Shown here in pieces: positions 1 to 9,164 of a stretch of 32,000 nucleotides of DNA (positions within the stretch are counted from its first letter, which is position 1; each line of letters starts with the position of its first letter). The stretch is taken from the NCBI RefSeq assembly GCF_036323395.1, contig NZ_AP028907.1, positions 1,710,001 to 1,742,000 on the forward strand. Direction: 5' to 3'. The DNA comes from Pyrodictium abyssi. GTDB taxonomy: Archaea > Thermoproteota > Thermoprotei_A > Sulfolobales > Pyrodictiaceae. The translations under genes were made by a program, and so were the position numbers. The notes beneath the pieces were generated by a model. It saw only the letters and a program-made list of their open reading frames with translations, had not been told where the DNA came from and did no database searches.

Positions 1-628
1 CGTCTACGGCCGGCAGGCCCACGGCTCAGCGCCCTGGCTCGGCCTCAACGCCTTCGAGGCAATGGTTGAGATAGCGCACCGGCTCATACACGGCTACAAG
101 CCGAGGCTAGCCGAGCGGAGAACAGACCTGCCCATGGACGACCCCCGGGCGGTGAGCCCCACAGTCACCATAGGCGGCGAGGTAGAGGGGGGCGCCAAGA
201 CCAACGTGGTGCCGGGCTACTACCGGTTCAGTATAGACCGCCGGCTCATACCCGGAGAGGACCCGGACCAGGTCGAGGAAGAGCTACGTAGCTTCATAAT
301 GGAGGTGGCAAAGGACCTCCAGGAGAGAGGCTACCGTGTAGAAGTGGAGACAACAGGGAAGGCGCCCGCCACCTGGATCCCGCCAGACCACCCCTTCGTC
401 GACACCGTGGCCGAGGCTGCTCGCGAAGCCACCGGGGTGGATCCCGCCAGGACCATCTGTGTCGGCGGCCTCGACACCAGGTACTTCCAGCAGCGCGGCA
501 TCCCAGCAGTCACATACGGGCCCGGCGCGCTCGAAGCCGCCCATATGCCGGACGAGTACATCCCCATAGACGAGCTGGAGAGGGCTGTAAAGGCCTACAG
601 GATACTGGTACGCAGAGTGCTAGGCTAG
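1..628 (+). CDS. M20 family metallopeptidase (ArgE/DapE/CPG2-like), 5' end truncated by window edge
   Basis: The frame is open from base 2 (VYGRQAHGSAPWLGLNAFEAMVE...), so the ATG at 62 is internal. C-terminal M20 features: GGEVEGGAKTNVVPGYYRFSIDRRLIPGED, GGLDTRYFQQRGIPAVTYGPG, AAHMPDEYIPIDEL. Confidence 0.9.
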   Translation, partial: VYGRQAHGSAPWLGLNAFEAMVEIAHRLIHGYKPRLAERRTDLPMDDPRAVSPTVTIGGEVEGGAKTNVVPGYYRFSIDRRLIPGEDPDQVEEELRSFIMEVAKDLQERGYRVEVETTGKAPATWIPPDHPFVDTVAEAAREATGVDPARTICVGGLDTRYFQQRGIPAVTYGPGALEAAHMPDEYIPIDELERAVKAYRILVRRVLG

Positions 629-751
629 GGTCTAGAAGAGGTAGACCAGCCCTATAGCCGTCGAGTACGGTGGCCTCAGGAAGCGGACGGGTTAGCGGCG
701 AAAAAGGATGGGCTCAGGCAGCCCCTACGTGTGGGGCTCTTCACGGCCTCG

Positions 752-3700
752 CTAGTGCTCTATACGCTTCTTCATGCCCCATGGCCACCAGGCGTGTCTG
801 CCTAGTATCGAGACTACTAGTGGTGTCAGCAGGTATGCGGACATCAAGCCTGCAAGCAGCACTGTCGCTGCTAGCGTGAAGCCCATCTCCTGCATACCGA
901 TATTGCTGGCCGTGAGCATTGAGGCGTAAGCGCTGGTTACTACGAGCGATAGCCCTACTATGAAGAGGCTTACCGCGCCAGCGGCCCTAGCTACTGCTTT
1001 CTTAGGGTCGCAGCCCGTGCGGTGGCACTCTTCTAGCGCTCTCGCTAGGAAGAAGCTGTTATAGTCCATACCGACTCCTAGCACCGCCATCATGGAGACT
1101 ATGTGGAGGAACCATACCACCTGCTTGCCCATAGCCTCCTGGAATACCAGTATGCTCGCCGTTATACCCATCATGGCCGCGCCCATTATAACCGCTAGCG
1201 CCGCTATGCTCGCGACTAAACTGCCGAATATCGCGGTGAATACCAGCACCATTAGCAGGCTCGCCGCCGGGAGGATGCGGTAGTAGTAGCGCTGGTGGAG
1301 CAGCTCGTCCATCTCTAGCACTCCGTAGGGCGCGCCGCCCACGTATACCTCGAAGCCGTGTTGCTCTGCATAGTTGTGGGCTATTCGGTGTATCTCCCTG
1401 ATAGCGTCTTCTCCCTCGCGGCTGTAGGGGTCTACGCCGAGCAGCACTTGGATGACTGCTATTCTCCCGTCCTCGCTGGTTAGCCGGGTGCCTCCGGCCT
1501 TCCTGGCCTCCTCTAGGCCCGTCTTGGCGCCGGTAGGCCTCGTAGGCGCCATCACCTTTGCTACTCCCGGCACCGAGGCTATCTCCTCGGTTAGCTCGTC
1601 GACCATGGCTGCTACCGTCTTATCGCTCCAGAGGCTGCGGGGTAGCACCGCCACGACGTAGACGGGGTCTGAGGCGCCTGGCATGAACTCCTTCTTGAGG
1701 ACATCGAAGGCTTCTAGCGCGGGGGCGTCGCTCGGGAGCATCAGCTTCATGTCGTGGCTGCCCTTGAAGTTCACGTAGAAGTAGCCAGATACCAGTATCA
1801 GGGCAGCCATAGCCGCTAGCAGCGGCACCTCATAGCGCAGCAGCGCCTTCATCACCCGGCTCTCCCGGTCCACATGCCTCTCCTTGCTCGGCCTCCTCGG
1901 CCACCAGAACCAGCTGCGGCCGCCCACGAGCGCTAGCAGTGCTGGCACGAGGGTGAGGCTCGCGAACGCCGTGGCTGCTACTGTTATCGGTATAGCCTCG
2001 CCCATGCTCCTCAGGAAGCCTATGTCCCAGCCTAGTAGCAGGCTACCGAAGCCTATGATCACCGTGAGAGCGCTAGCAACCACCGCTGGGCCTGCCCGCT
2101 TGAGGGCGCGGCGGGCCGCCTCCCTAGCGTCTCCCAGCTTAGCGTACTCCTCGCGGAACCTGTGCACTATGTAGCCAGCATAGTCTGCCCCGAGGCCCAG
2201 CGCCGTGGTCATCATCAATGCCTGTGTCTGGGAGTTCAGGTCTATCCACCCGTGGCTCGCCGCCAGGTATGCTAGGGCGCCGCCAACCACCAGGCCTAGG
2301 AATATGCCGAGGTACGGCAGGATCACCGCGAAGACGCTCTCAAGTATCAGCAGCAGTACTATGAACGTGCCTAGCTCGCTGTACCTGCTTGTACCCTCTA
2401 CGTCCTTCCTAGCATACTCCTTTACCTGATTCATCAGGAGGTCGCTACCGCTCACATACACCTTCTCATAGGCTATACCCAGCCCGCCTAGCAGCTTCTC
2501 GGCCTCCCTCCCGGCTGCCACCGTGTTCTCTGCCTTCTCGTCCTGTGTCTCGCCGAGCAGCTCACCCATCACTAGGAATGCTGTATGATCGCTCGAGACT
2601 AGCAGGCCTTCGGTCTCCCTGAGGAGGCGCGGGTAGATGCTGCCCAGGAGCAGCTTCTCGGTCAGCAGCCTGGCTGCCTCCTCTACCGTGGTCTCGCCCC
2701 TCGCAGCCTCGACGGAGAGCCTGGCCAGCTCCTCTGGCAGCCACTTCGGCGGCTCGAAGTCCCCCATCTTCATCTTGTCCATGTTCTTCTCGGCCATCTC
2801 CCTCATCGTGTCCTCTATTACGCTCCACTTCCGGTCCTCTGGTACCCCGGGGCCCTCCTTGACGACGACCTCCACTATCCTCTCGACCGCTGGACGAGCC
2901 TCCTCCGGCACATGCGATAGGATCTGCTCCCTCAGCATCTCCGCTACTATGCGGCGCACCGCCTCCTTGCTGTGTAGCATCTCCTCTACCTTGTCCACGG
3001 TGAGGGGTATCTCCATGCCCTGCTTCCCGGCCATCCACAGCACCGCCTCTACTGCCAGGGTCTCGTTGGTGGCTAGCCTGCCCTCGGCTAGTGGATCGAA
3101 GCGGCTAACCGCCTCCGCGATGAGCCTCGCCTGCTCCTGGTCGCCAGTCTTCTCCGCTACCTGCTGCTCGAGGAGCCCTAGCGCTAGCTCTCGTAGCTTC
3201 TCGGGGGAGGCCTCTCCGCGGGCTACGAGGAGAGCCAGCTTCTCCACTACTTCGCGGGGTAGCGGCATCCCCTTCTCCTTAGCTGCCTCGTAGACTATGC
3301 CCGCGGCGAGCTCTGCGGCCGCCTCCGGGCTGGCCAGCTTGCCCTGCGCCTCGGGGTCAGCCTTCAGCACGGCCGGGACCAGCCCTGCCGCCTCGCTGGG
3401 CAGCTGCGCCTCCAGCAGCCTGGCTGCCTCCTCCGCTGCCACACCGCGGTCTAGGCCATTGGCGAGTACCCTGGCTGCCGCCTCTACGGCTGGCCTCGGT
3501 GCTCCGAGGCTCTCTAGCAGCTTCTCTGCCGCCGCGAGCGCCCTGTCCCAGCCCCTCGCTAGTAGCCCCGTTGCCTCCGGGTCACTCTCCACCAGGATCC
3601 CTACCATCACGGCCGTGGCGTTGCCTGGTAGCTGCATCTCCTCCGCAGCCCTAGCCGCCACGAGGGCCGCGACGTCCCTGGGCGATAGTGTCCCCTCTAC

Positions 3701-5008
3701 CGCGCCGGCTGCCAGCCTCTCCGCGGCGTCCATGGGCAGGCCCTGCTGGGCTAGCTGCTGGGCTAGTAGCGTCGCCGCTATCTGGCTCGAGCCCGCTGTT
3801 ATCCTCTCTGTCGCCGTGCTCGCCGCCTTCCGGGCTAGGCCGAGTACCTGTAGCTGGCTCTCAACGTGCCTGGGCGGCAGCTGGTAGAGCGAGATGGCCT
3901 CAGTCACGTTTGCCTCCTTCTTCGCCTCTGCTAGGGCTTCTAGCCACTGCTGGGTGAGCACTGGTAGGAGGCTCTTCGCCTCCGGTGGCGTCCTGTCGGC
4001 GAGCGTCTCCCCGGCTACCTGGGCCGCCGCCGTGTCTGGGTCGAGGCCCTTCTCCACCAGGCTCTTGACCGCCATCCACGCCGCTATCGCCTGGTCCTGG
4101 GGCAGCGGGGCTAGCTGCGGATCAACCATTGTCAGGTTGGCGGCTGCAGCATAGGCCTCGTAGCTCCCGTTGTAGGCCTCCAGGTAGTAGTAGGCCCTAC
4201 CCACCTGCCACCAGGTGTACGCCATCGCCTGCTCTATGCCGCCGACCAGCGTGGTGTTCGAGAGCACCGCCTTCAGCTGCTGGGCCCCGGAGACTAGGCC
4301 CTGGTAAAGCCCGCTGTACGCCTCGTCTAGCCTCTGGAGCCCCAGGGCTGTCTCGTTGAGCTTCTCGGCGAGGGCTAGGAGCTTGTCTGTAGCGTTCACC
4401 AGCGCTAGGTCTATCCCCGCTATGCCCGTTATCGTCTGGTTTAGGACGCCCGTGAGGTTTAGCAGACCCCTGTAGGCCTCAGCGTAGCCCCTATCCGCCT
4501 GCACGAGGCCCGTTATGCTCTTGTTTATCAGCTCTACCTGCTTGGTGGCGTTCTCGAGCCCCGAGGCGTAGGCCTCGTCTATCTGGTTGAAGGACTCGTA
4601 GATCTCGCGTGCGTGGCTTGTAGAAGCGTTTACTGCCTCCAGCATCGCCTCGTAGAGAGTCTCGTTGACGCTGGCTAGCATTACGGGTAGCGCGTTAACG
4701 TCCTTCATGTAGCGCCCGGTGACAGTGTCGTTGAACTCTTTGCCCCACTCTACTAGCCGGAGTACTGTGTTGTTGTCGTGGAGGTTTACCCCCGTTACAA
4801 CTATTACTCCGACGCTGCCTTCCCCACCCGTCACCTTTTCTAGCAGCCTCGATGCCTTCACGGTCTCGCTGTTCTCGGGTAGTGTGTACTGCTGCTCCTT
4901 GACCACTGTGCTTAGCTTCGCGAAGAGCGGAGCGGCTGCCACCGCGAGGACTATCCACAGCGCTACTACCGCTAGAGGCCTCTTGGCTATAATCTCGGCT
5001 GCACCCAT
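752..5008 (-). CDS. RND/MMPL superfamily membrane transporter with a very large extracytoplasmic insertion
   Basis: TM1 near the N-terminus (PLAVVALWIVLAVAAAPLF). Two RND/MMPL TM bundles: LGTFIVLLLILESVFAVILPYLGIFLGLVVG...LGLGADYAGYIVHRFREE and LGVGMDYNSFFLARALEE. Internal Met at 5008 (MGAAEIIAKRP) is the likely start; the track ORF begins at 5068. Confidence 0.88.
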   Translation of the reverse strand: MGAAEIIAKRPLAVVALWIVLAVAAAPLFAKLSTVVKEQQYTLPENSETVKASRLLEKVTGGEGSVGVIVVTGVNLHDNNTVLRLVEWGKEFNDTVTGRYMKDVNALPVMLASVNETLYEAMLEAVNASTSHAREIYESFNQIDEAYASGLENATKQVELINKSITGLVQADRGYAEAYRGLLNLTGVLNQTITGIAGIDLALVNATDKLLALAEKLNETALGLQRLDEAYSGLYQGLVSGAQQLKAVLSNTTLVGGIEQAMAYTWWQVGRAYYYLEAYNGSYEAYAAAANLTMVDPQLAPLPQDQAIAAWMAVKSLVEKGLDPDTAAAQVAGETLADRTPPEAKSLLPVLTQQWLEALAEAKKEANVTEAISLYQLPPRHVESQLQVLGLARKAASTATERITAGSSQIAATLLAQQLAQQGLPMDAAERLAAGAVEGTLSPRDVAALVAARAAEEMQLPGNATAVMVGILVESDPEATGLLARGWDRALAAAEKLLESLGAPRPAVEAAARVLANGLDRGVAAEEAARLLEAQLPSEAAGLVPAVLKADPEAQGKLASPEAAAELAAGIVYEAAKEKGMPLPREVVEKLALLVARGEASPEKLRELALGLLEQQVAEKTGDQEQARLIAEAVSRFDPLAEGRLATNETLAVEAVLWMAGKQGMEIPLTVDKVEEMLHSKEAVRRIVAEMLREQILSHVPEEARPAVERIVEVVVKEGPGVPEDRKWSVIEDTMREMAEKNMDKMKMGDFEPPKWLPEELARLSVEAARGETTVEEAARLLTEKLLLGSIYPRLLRETEGLLVSSDHTAFLVMGELLGETQDEKAENTVAAGREAEKLLGGLGIAYEKVYVSGSDLLMNQVKEYARKDVEGTSRYSELGTFIVLLLILESVFAVILPYLGIFLGLVVGGALAYLAASHGWIDLNSQTQALMMTTALGLGADYAGYIVHRFREEYAKLGDAREAARRALKRAGPAVVASALTVIIGFGSLLLGWDIGFLRSMGEAIPITVAATAFASLTLVPALLALVGGRSWFWWPRRPSKERHVDRESRVMKALLRYEVPLLAAMAALILVSGYFYVNFKGSHDMKLMLPSDAPALEAFDVLKKEFMPGASDPVYVVAVLPRSLWSDKTVAAMVDELTEEIASVPGVAKVMAPTRPTGAKTGLEEARKAGGTRLTSEDGRIAVIQVLLGVDPYSREGEDAIREIHRIAHNYAEQHGFEVYVGGAPYGVLEMDELLHQRYYYRILPAASLLMVLVFTAIFGSLVASIAALAVIMGAAMMGITASILVFQEAMGKQVVWFLHIVSMMAVLGVGMDYNSFFLARALEECHRTGCDPKKAVARAAGAVSLFIVGLSLVVTSAYASMLTASNIGMQEMGFTLAATVLLAGLMSAYLLTPLVVSILGRHAWWPWGMKKRIEH

Positions 5009-5219
5009 CCAGTTCACCCAACCTATCGATCTCCGACATATCTGCGGGGGATAAATCGCTTCCCGCAAACACTATTAAGGCGACATCCATAACGAAGAAT
5101 AATGGATGATAGCACGCGGGCTGACCGTAACAGCAGCTAACAAGCATCCTCAACCCGGCAAACAGTTAGGCAGGCACATAGCACTCCAGGTTCCACACGT
5201 GAGGGGTGTAGACAGGGGG

Positions 5220-5726
5220 ATGGTGAGCCAAGCACTCGAGATGCGCACCCGCTACATGATACTACTACTCCTAGCAGAGGGGCCGAAGACAGGCTACGAG
5301 CTAATGAAGAGGATAAGGAGCATCTTCGCGGAAGCTGGTGGCGGCGCCAGCCCCGGCACGGTATACCCTGTCCTCCGCGGCCTAGAAGAGGAGGGCTACA
5401 TAGAGTCCAGCGAAGAGCCTCATGGCGCCCGCCAGAGGAAGGTCTACAGGATAACCGAGAAGGGCATAGAACAACTCCTACGGATGATAAACAAGGGCCT
5501 TTACGTCGTAGAGGCTACCATAAAGCTCCACATGGCTGCTGCTCAGTGCCTCGCGCGGAGCCCTCGCGGCGAGCTACTCCCGCTTCTAAGGGAGATACTT
5601 GCTAGGCTTGGGAGGATAGAGGAGCTCACTGGGGAGCTACGCGACATGCTGCAACGCGTAGTAGCGGTCTACGACGAGGCCCAGCAGGGCCGGGGAGCAG
5701 GGCAAGGCAATGCTATAAAGGGCTAG
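5220..5726 (+). CDS. PadR family winged-helix transcriptional regulator
   Basis: MRTRYMILLLLAEGPKTGYELMKRI...GGASPGTVYPVLRGLEEEGYIESSEE...RQRKVYRITEKG is the PadR signature. Likely start is the ATG at 5220 after a purine-rich stretch; the track ORF begins at 5106. Confidence 0.88.
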   Translation: MVSQALEMRTRYMILLLLAEGPKTGYELMKRIRSIFAEAGGGASPGTVYPVLRGLEEEGYIESSEEPHGARQRKVYRITEKGIEQLLRMINKGLYVVEATIKLHMAAAQCLARSPRGELLPLLREILARLGRIEELTGELRDMLQRVVAVYDEAQQGRGAGQGNAIKG

Positions 5727-5763
5727 GCTGTGTTTACCCCTAGCATTCTGGGGCATAGACACC

Positions 5764-6447
5764 GTGGTCGAGGTAGTACGGTTCATAGGCAAGAACATTG
5801 TCGAGGAGAATGCGCGTCTGGCTGAGAAGCTCCGCCGGCTCTACAACGAGGCCGGTGTGAAGGTGTTCGAGTTCCTGGGGGGCCCGGGGAGCGGGAAGAC
5901 GAGCGTGATAGAGAGGCTCGTGGAGCGGATGCTGAGGGACTATCGGCCGGACGAGATAGGCTACATCGGCGGCGACATAGCGACGACCCTGGATACCGAG
6001 CGCATAGCCCGGTACGGCGTCCGCCACGTGCAGATAAACACTGGGGGTACGTGCCACCTCGAGGTGCCCCACGTAGAGGCCGCGATAAGGGCCCTTGGAG
6101 GGGCCGAGGCGCTCCGCCGCCTAAAGGTCCTCATAATAGAGAATGTCGGTAACTTGATATGCCCGTTTAACTTCCCGCTCGGCGCCCATGCCCGAGTGCT
6201 GGTAGCCGATGTCGCTGAGGGCGAGGATAAGTTCGTTAAGCACCCGCTGAGTACACGGGCGAGCGACGTCATAGTGATAAACAAGGTGGATATAGCCGGC
6301 GCCGTGGACGTGGACGTGGAGAAGCTTGTCCGTGACGCGCGCAGCCTGAACCCTAGGGCGCCCATAGTCCTTGTGAGCGCTAGGACGGGGCAGGGCATAG
6401 AGGAGCTATACAGGGTTCTCATGGAGCTGGCCGGGAGCGGGGGGTAG
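5764..6447 (+). CDS. hypB: Hydrogenase nickel incorporation GTPase HypB
   Basis: GTG start. P-loop FLGGPGSGKTSVIERL, GGDIATTLDTERIARYGV, QINTGGTCHLE, IENVGNLICP, VINKVDIAGAV. Confidence 0.93.
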   Translation: MVEVVRFIGKNIVEENARLAEKLRRLYNEAGVKVFEFLGGPGSGKTSVIERLVERMLRDYRPDEIGYIGGDIATTLDTERIARYGVRHVQINTGGTCHLEVPHVEAAIRALGGAEALRRLKVLIIENVGNLICPFNFPLGAHARVLVADVAEGEDKFVKHPLSTRASDVIVINKVDIAGAVDVDVEKLVRDARSLNPRAPIVLVSARTGQGIEELYRVLMELAGSGG

Positions 6448-6451
6448 GGAT

Positions 6452-6895
6452 GTGCATGAGACGAGTATTGCTCTCAGCATTCTCGCCGCTGTGGAGGACG
6501 CGTTCCGCAGCACACCCGGAGCCCGCCGTGTGACCCGGATAAGGCTGCAGGTGGGCATGCTCAGCCTCATAGACCCGGAGGCGCTCCGGTTCGCGCTGCG
6601 CGTCGTCTCCCGGGGGACGCCCGCGGAGGACGCCGAGATAGACATCGAGATGGTTGAGCCCCGGTTCCGCTGCCAGAGCTGCGGGCACGAGTGGGGGCCA
6701 AGCCCTGAGGACGTGAAACGCATCTCCGAGGACCCTAACTTGAGTACGCTCGTCCACATCCACCCGGATGCTCTCGCCCGGTATCTCCGCTGCCCCAGGT
6801 GCCAGGGCGGTAATGTCGAGATAACCCGGGGCCATGGAGTGGTGCTCCACAGCGTGAGCATAGAGACCGACGGGGATGAGGGTGGAGAGGCGTAG
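6452..6895 (+). CDS. hypA: Hydrogenase maturation nickel metallochaperone HypA
   Basis: MHETSIALSIL N-terminus with the Ni-binding MHE motif. Zinc motif pair CQSCGHEW...CPRCQG. Immediately follows hypB. Confidence 0.92.
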   Translation: MHETSIALSILAAVEDAFRSTPGARRVTRIRLQVGMLSLIDPEALRFALRVVSRGTPAEDAEIDIEMVEPRFRCQSCGHEWGPSPEDVKRISEDPNLSTLVHIHPDALARYLRCPRCQGGNVEITRGHGVVLHSVSIETDGDEGGEA

Positions 6896-7553
6896 CCTAG
6901 AGGAAAGGGTCCGGCTGATAGTCGAGAGGCTACTGGAGTGGTACAGGGATGAGCCATGGTGGCGGCGGGAGAAGGCGGAGCCCCTCCGCGTGATGTTGTC
7001 GATACTGCTGAGCAACCGCTCCAACCGCAGAGTTGTCCGCCGCGTGGTAGCGGAGCTTCTCGAGCGCTACCCCAGGCTAGAAGACATGCTTGGAGACCCC
7101 GACGGGGTGCGTAAGGCTCTCCAGCCGCTAGGCCTCGCAGCGCTACGGGCTCGGGCCGTCCTGGGCCTTGCCCGGCTACTGGCCGAGACCGGTGGCGTCG
7201 AGTCCTTCCTAGGGCTCCCGGCCGAGGAGGCTAGGAGGAGGCTCCTCACGATCCCCGGGGTCGGCGAGAAGACCGCGGACGTCCTCCTCATGGCGCTCTG
7301 GGACGCCGACGTGTTCCCGGTCGACACGCATATAGCGCGTATAGCCTCCCGGCTCGGCCTAGTAGAGCCCGGGGCACGGCCCGAACAGGTGAGGAGGCTC
7401 CTAGAGCCCCTCATACCCCGCGGGCTCCGTGCACGCGCCCACCTAGCCATGATCCAGCTCGGCCGCGAGGTCTGCAGGCCGCGGAGGCCCCGCTGCAGCG
7501 AGTGCCCGCTCCGCGGGCTCTGCAGCTTCCCGCGGGGCACCGAGGCCGGCTAG
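6876..7553 (+). CDS. nth: Endonuclease III-like HhH-GPD DNA glycosylase/AP lyase
   Basis: LSILLSNRSNRRVV, HhH LLTIPGVGEKTADVLLMALWDADVFPVDTHIARIASRLGLV, and 4Fe-4S Cys cluster CRPRRPRCSECPLRGLC. The start overlaps the 3' end of hypA. Confidence 0.9.
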   Translation: MRVERRSLEERVRLIVERLLEWYRDEPWWRREKAEPLRVMLSILLSNRSNRRVVRRVVAELLERYPRLEDMLGDPDGVRKALQPLGLAALRARAVLGLARLLAETGGVESFLGLPAEEARRRLLTIPGVGEKTADVLLMALWDADVFPVDTHIARIASRLGLVEPGARPEQVRRLLEPLIPRGLRARAHLAMIQLGREVCRPRRPRCSECPLRGLCSFPRGTEAG

Positions 7554-7737
7554 TGGGCGAGGCGTGTCCCAGACTCCTATCTCGCGCACCGGGGCGGCGT
7601 AATAGGGCATGGTGTAGACGCTTATCTAGTTTCTGTACAATGGATATTGGGGGAACAGCTTATCCGGGTCAGTGTAGAGGCCATCCTAGACATGGAGAGG
7701 GAGGGAGCGAAGAACCCGAGCCCGCCAGGCCTGGAGC

Positions 7738-7974
7738 GTGACCCGAGCCGTGATACTCCACATAAGGAGGAGGAAGACCCCTACGCCCTGGGAGCGCATG
7801 GTAGAGGAGGAGGCTAGGCGCCGCCACGTAGAGACCAGGGTGGAGCTAGAGGAGCTAGAACAGAGCATCATAGAGCACAGTGCAGAGGCTGCCCTCTTCC
7901 GCTCCACAAGCAGCGGCAAGAGGAGGAGACGCCGCAGCATACTTGGTGTCGTGAAGATAGCTATACGGCACTAA
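7738..7974 (+). CDS. Small highly basic hypothetical protein (78 aa)
   Basis: Open frame with GTG start and charged composition (RRRKTPTPWERMVEEEARRRHVETRVELEELEQ...SSGKRRRRRS). No recognised domain. Confidence 0.45.
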   Translation: MTRAVILHIRRRKTPTPWERMVEEEARRRHVETRVELEELEQSIIEHSAEAALFRSTSSGKRRRRRSILGVVKIAIRH

Positions 7975-8155
7975 GCCCCCAATGTCAGCTTCTCCACGGC
8001 GGCCATGGCCCGGGGGCCCAGCCACGCCTTGTACCCGCTGCTCGCGCCTTAGCACTAGAGGCTTCTAGCCCGGCGCCGTCTCTTCTCGGCTAGACCTACG
8101 CTCCATCCCTTTTTACCCGGGCGTAGTGCCCGCGGGTTCTCTGCACAGCACTTAG

Positions 8156-8186
8156 CCCCGGGGGGCCGTGGAGGCGGCCCCCGGGG
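8156..8186 (+). repeat. Strong GC hairpin (inverted repeat) in a non-coding interval
   Basis: CCCCGGGGGGCC (8156-8167) pairs with GGCCCCCGGGG (8176-8186), with an 8-nt loop and one bulged G. Confidence 0.7.
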
Positions 8187-8546
8187 CATGGGGCACTACA
8201 TGGCTGGATAGAGGCCGGGGGTTTCTCCGGCTGCACGGCTGTGAGGAGGGCGATTGGGGCCGAGGAGGGGCCACGGGGCCTCCTGTGGGGAGCCCGTGCT
8301 CCGTGCCGAGCCGTCTACCCGGGGCCCCGCAGACACGATCTAAACGATCTGCATCCTGTCCCGGTATCCGGGCTGGCCCGGAGGCTGGGCGCTGCGTCCT
8401 TAATACCGGGCTGCACGGGGCGTGGACCCCTCGGTGGCGTGGGGGGCTGTGACCGGACGCCTGGGCCTTAGCCCGTAGCGCGGGGTGCTGAGCCTGTGCA
8501 ACGGGGCGAGCCTCCACGCTGCCGCTAGCGTATAGCCTCGGGGGAG

Positions 8547-9164
8547 GTGCTGCTGGGAGCCTTGGCTGAGGAGGGCTATGTGCTGCTGCTCGGCCCTGGT
8601 AGTCTGGGCGAGCTCCTGGGCCTAGACGCTGCGCTGGCAGAGCCGCTGGATCTCTACAATGCGGCGCGGGGGAGGACTAGGCGGGGGCTGGAGCTGCTGC
8701 GGGCTGCCCTGGAGAGGGGCGTTGTCCGGAGGGTCGTCTACCTTAGTGTTGACGGCGTTCTGCCGAGGCTGCTTGGGGGCGAGCACGTGCTGGATGTCTA
8801 CGGCTCTGCCTCTAGGATGCGCTGCACGCGCTGCGGCCGGAAGTGGTGGCTAGAGGAGGGCACCGTGTGCCCGGGCTGCGGGGCTCCGGGCCAGCGCGAC
8901 TACCAGGATGCGCCGCGGAGCCGGCTACTAGGCGAGGCAATATACGAGCTGACCACAGCGGGCACCGTGGCGGTCCACGGGCTCGGCGAGCCGCCGCTAG
9001 CGCTGGGGGCTGTGCTGGCCCTAGCGGCCTCCAGGTTTACACGTGTCGTCTTGCTCGAGCCGGTGCCCCAGCAGCTACGGGGGCTCGGGCTAGAGGAGCC
9101 GGGCAAAAACCTGGTAGAGCTTCTCGAGGAGCTGGCAGCGCTACAGAGTGGAGGGCCTAGCTAG
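8547..9164 (+). CDS. Sir2/sirtuin-like protein with degenerate NAD/catalytic signature
   Basis: YLSVDGVLPRLLGGEHVLDVYGSASRMRCTRCGRKWWLEEGTVCPGCGAPGQRDYQD aligns by eye to the sirtuin core TQNVDGLHxxAGxxxVxELHGSxxxxxCxxC...CPxCGG. The Cys4 zinc ribbon is retained and the catalytic His position reads Tyr. Confidence 0.62.
   Translation: MLLGALAEEGYVLLLGPGSLGELLGLDAALAEPLDLYNAARGRTRRGLELLRAALERGVVRRVVYLSVDGVLPRLLGGEHVLDVYGSASRMRCTRCGRKWWLEEGTVCPGCGAPGQRDYQDAPRSRLLGEAIYELTTAGTVAVHGLGEPPLALGAVLALAASRFTRVVLLEPVPQQLRGLGLEEPGKNLVELLEELAALQSGGPS

Noticed and set aside
2637-3887. Long plus-strand ORFs (218 aa and 196 aa) antisense to the MMPL transporter
   Set aside because: Ser/Ala-rich low-complexity translations typical of antisense frames in GC-rich, Leu/Ala/Glu-rich genes. 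The minus-strand protein has clear family features.
6406-7024. Minus-strand ORFs of 183 and 201 aa over hypA/nth
   Set aside because: They overlap two strongly supported genes and show no recognisable domain.
8152-8517. Minus-strand 121-aa and plus-strand 94-aa ORFs in the 8-8.5 kb gap
   Set aside because: Pro/Arg/Gly/Ser-rich low-complexity translations without plausible start context. The interval is better treated as non-coding.
8100-8546. Possible SRP RNA or RNase P RNA
   Set aside because: I could not find the SRP helix-8 asymmetric loop/GGAAG tetraloop region or the RNase P GAGGAAAGUCC-like conserved sequences. Left as an unassigned structured-RNA candidate.
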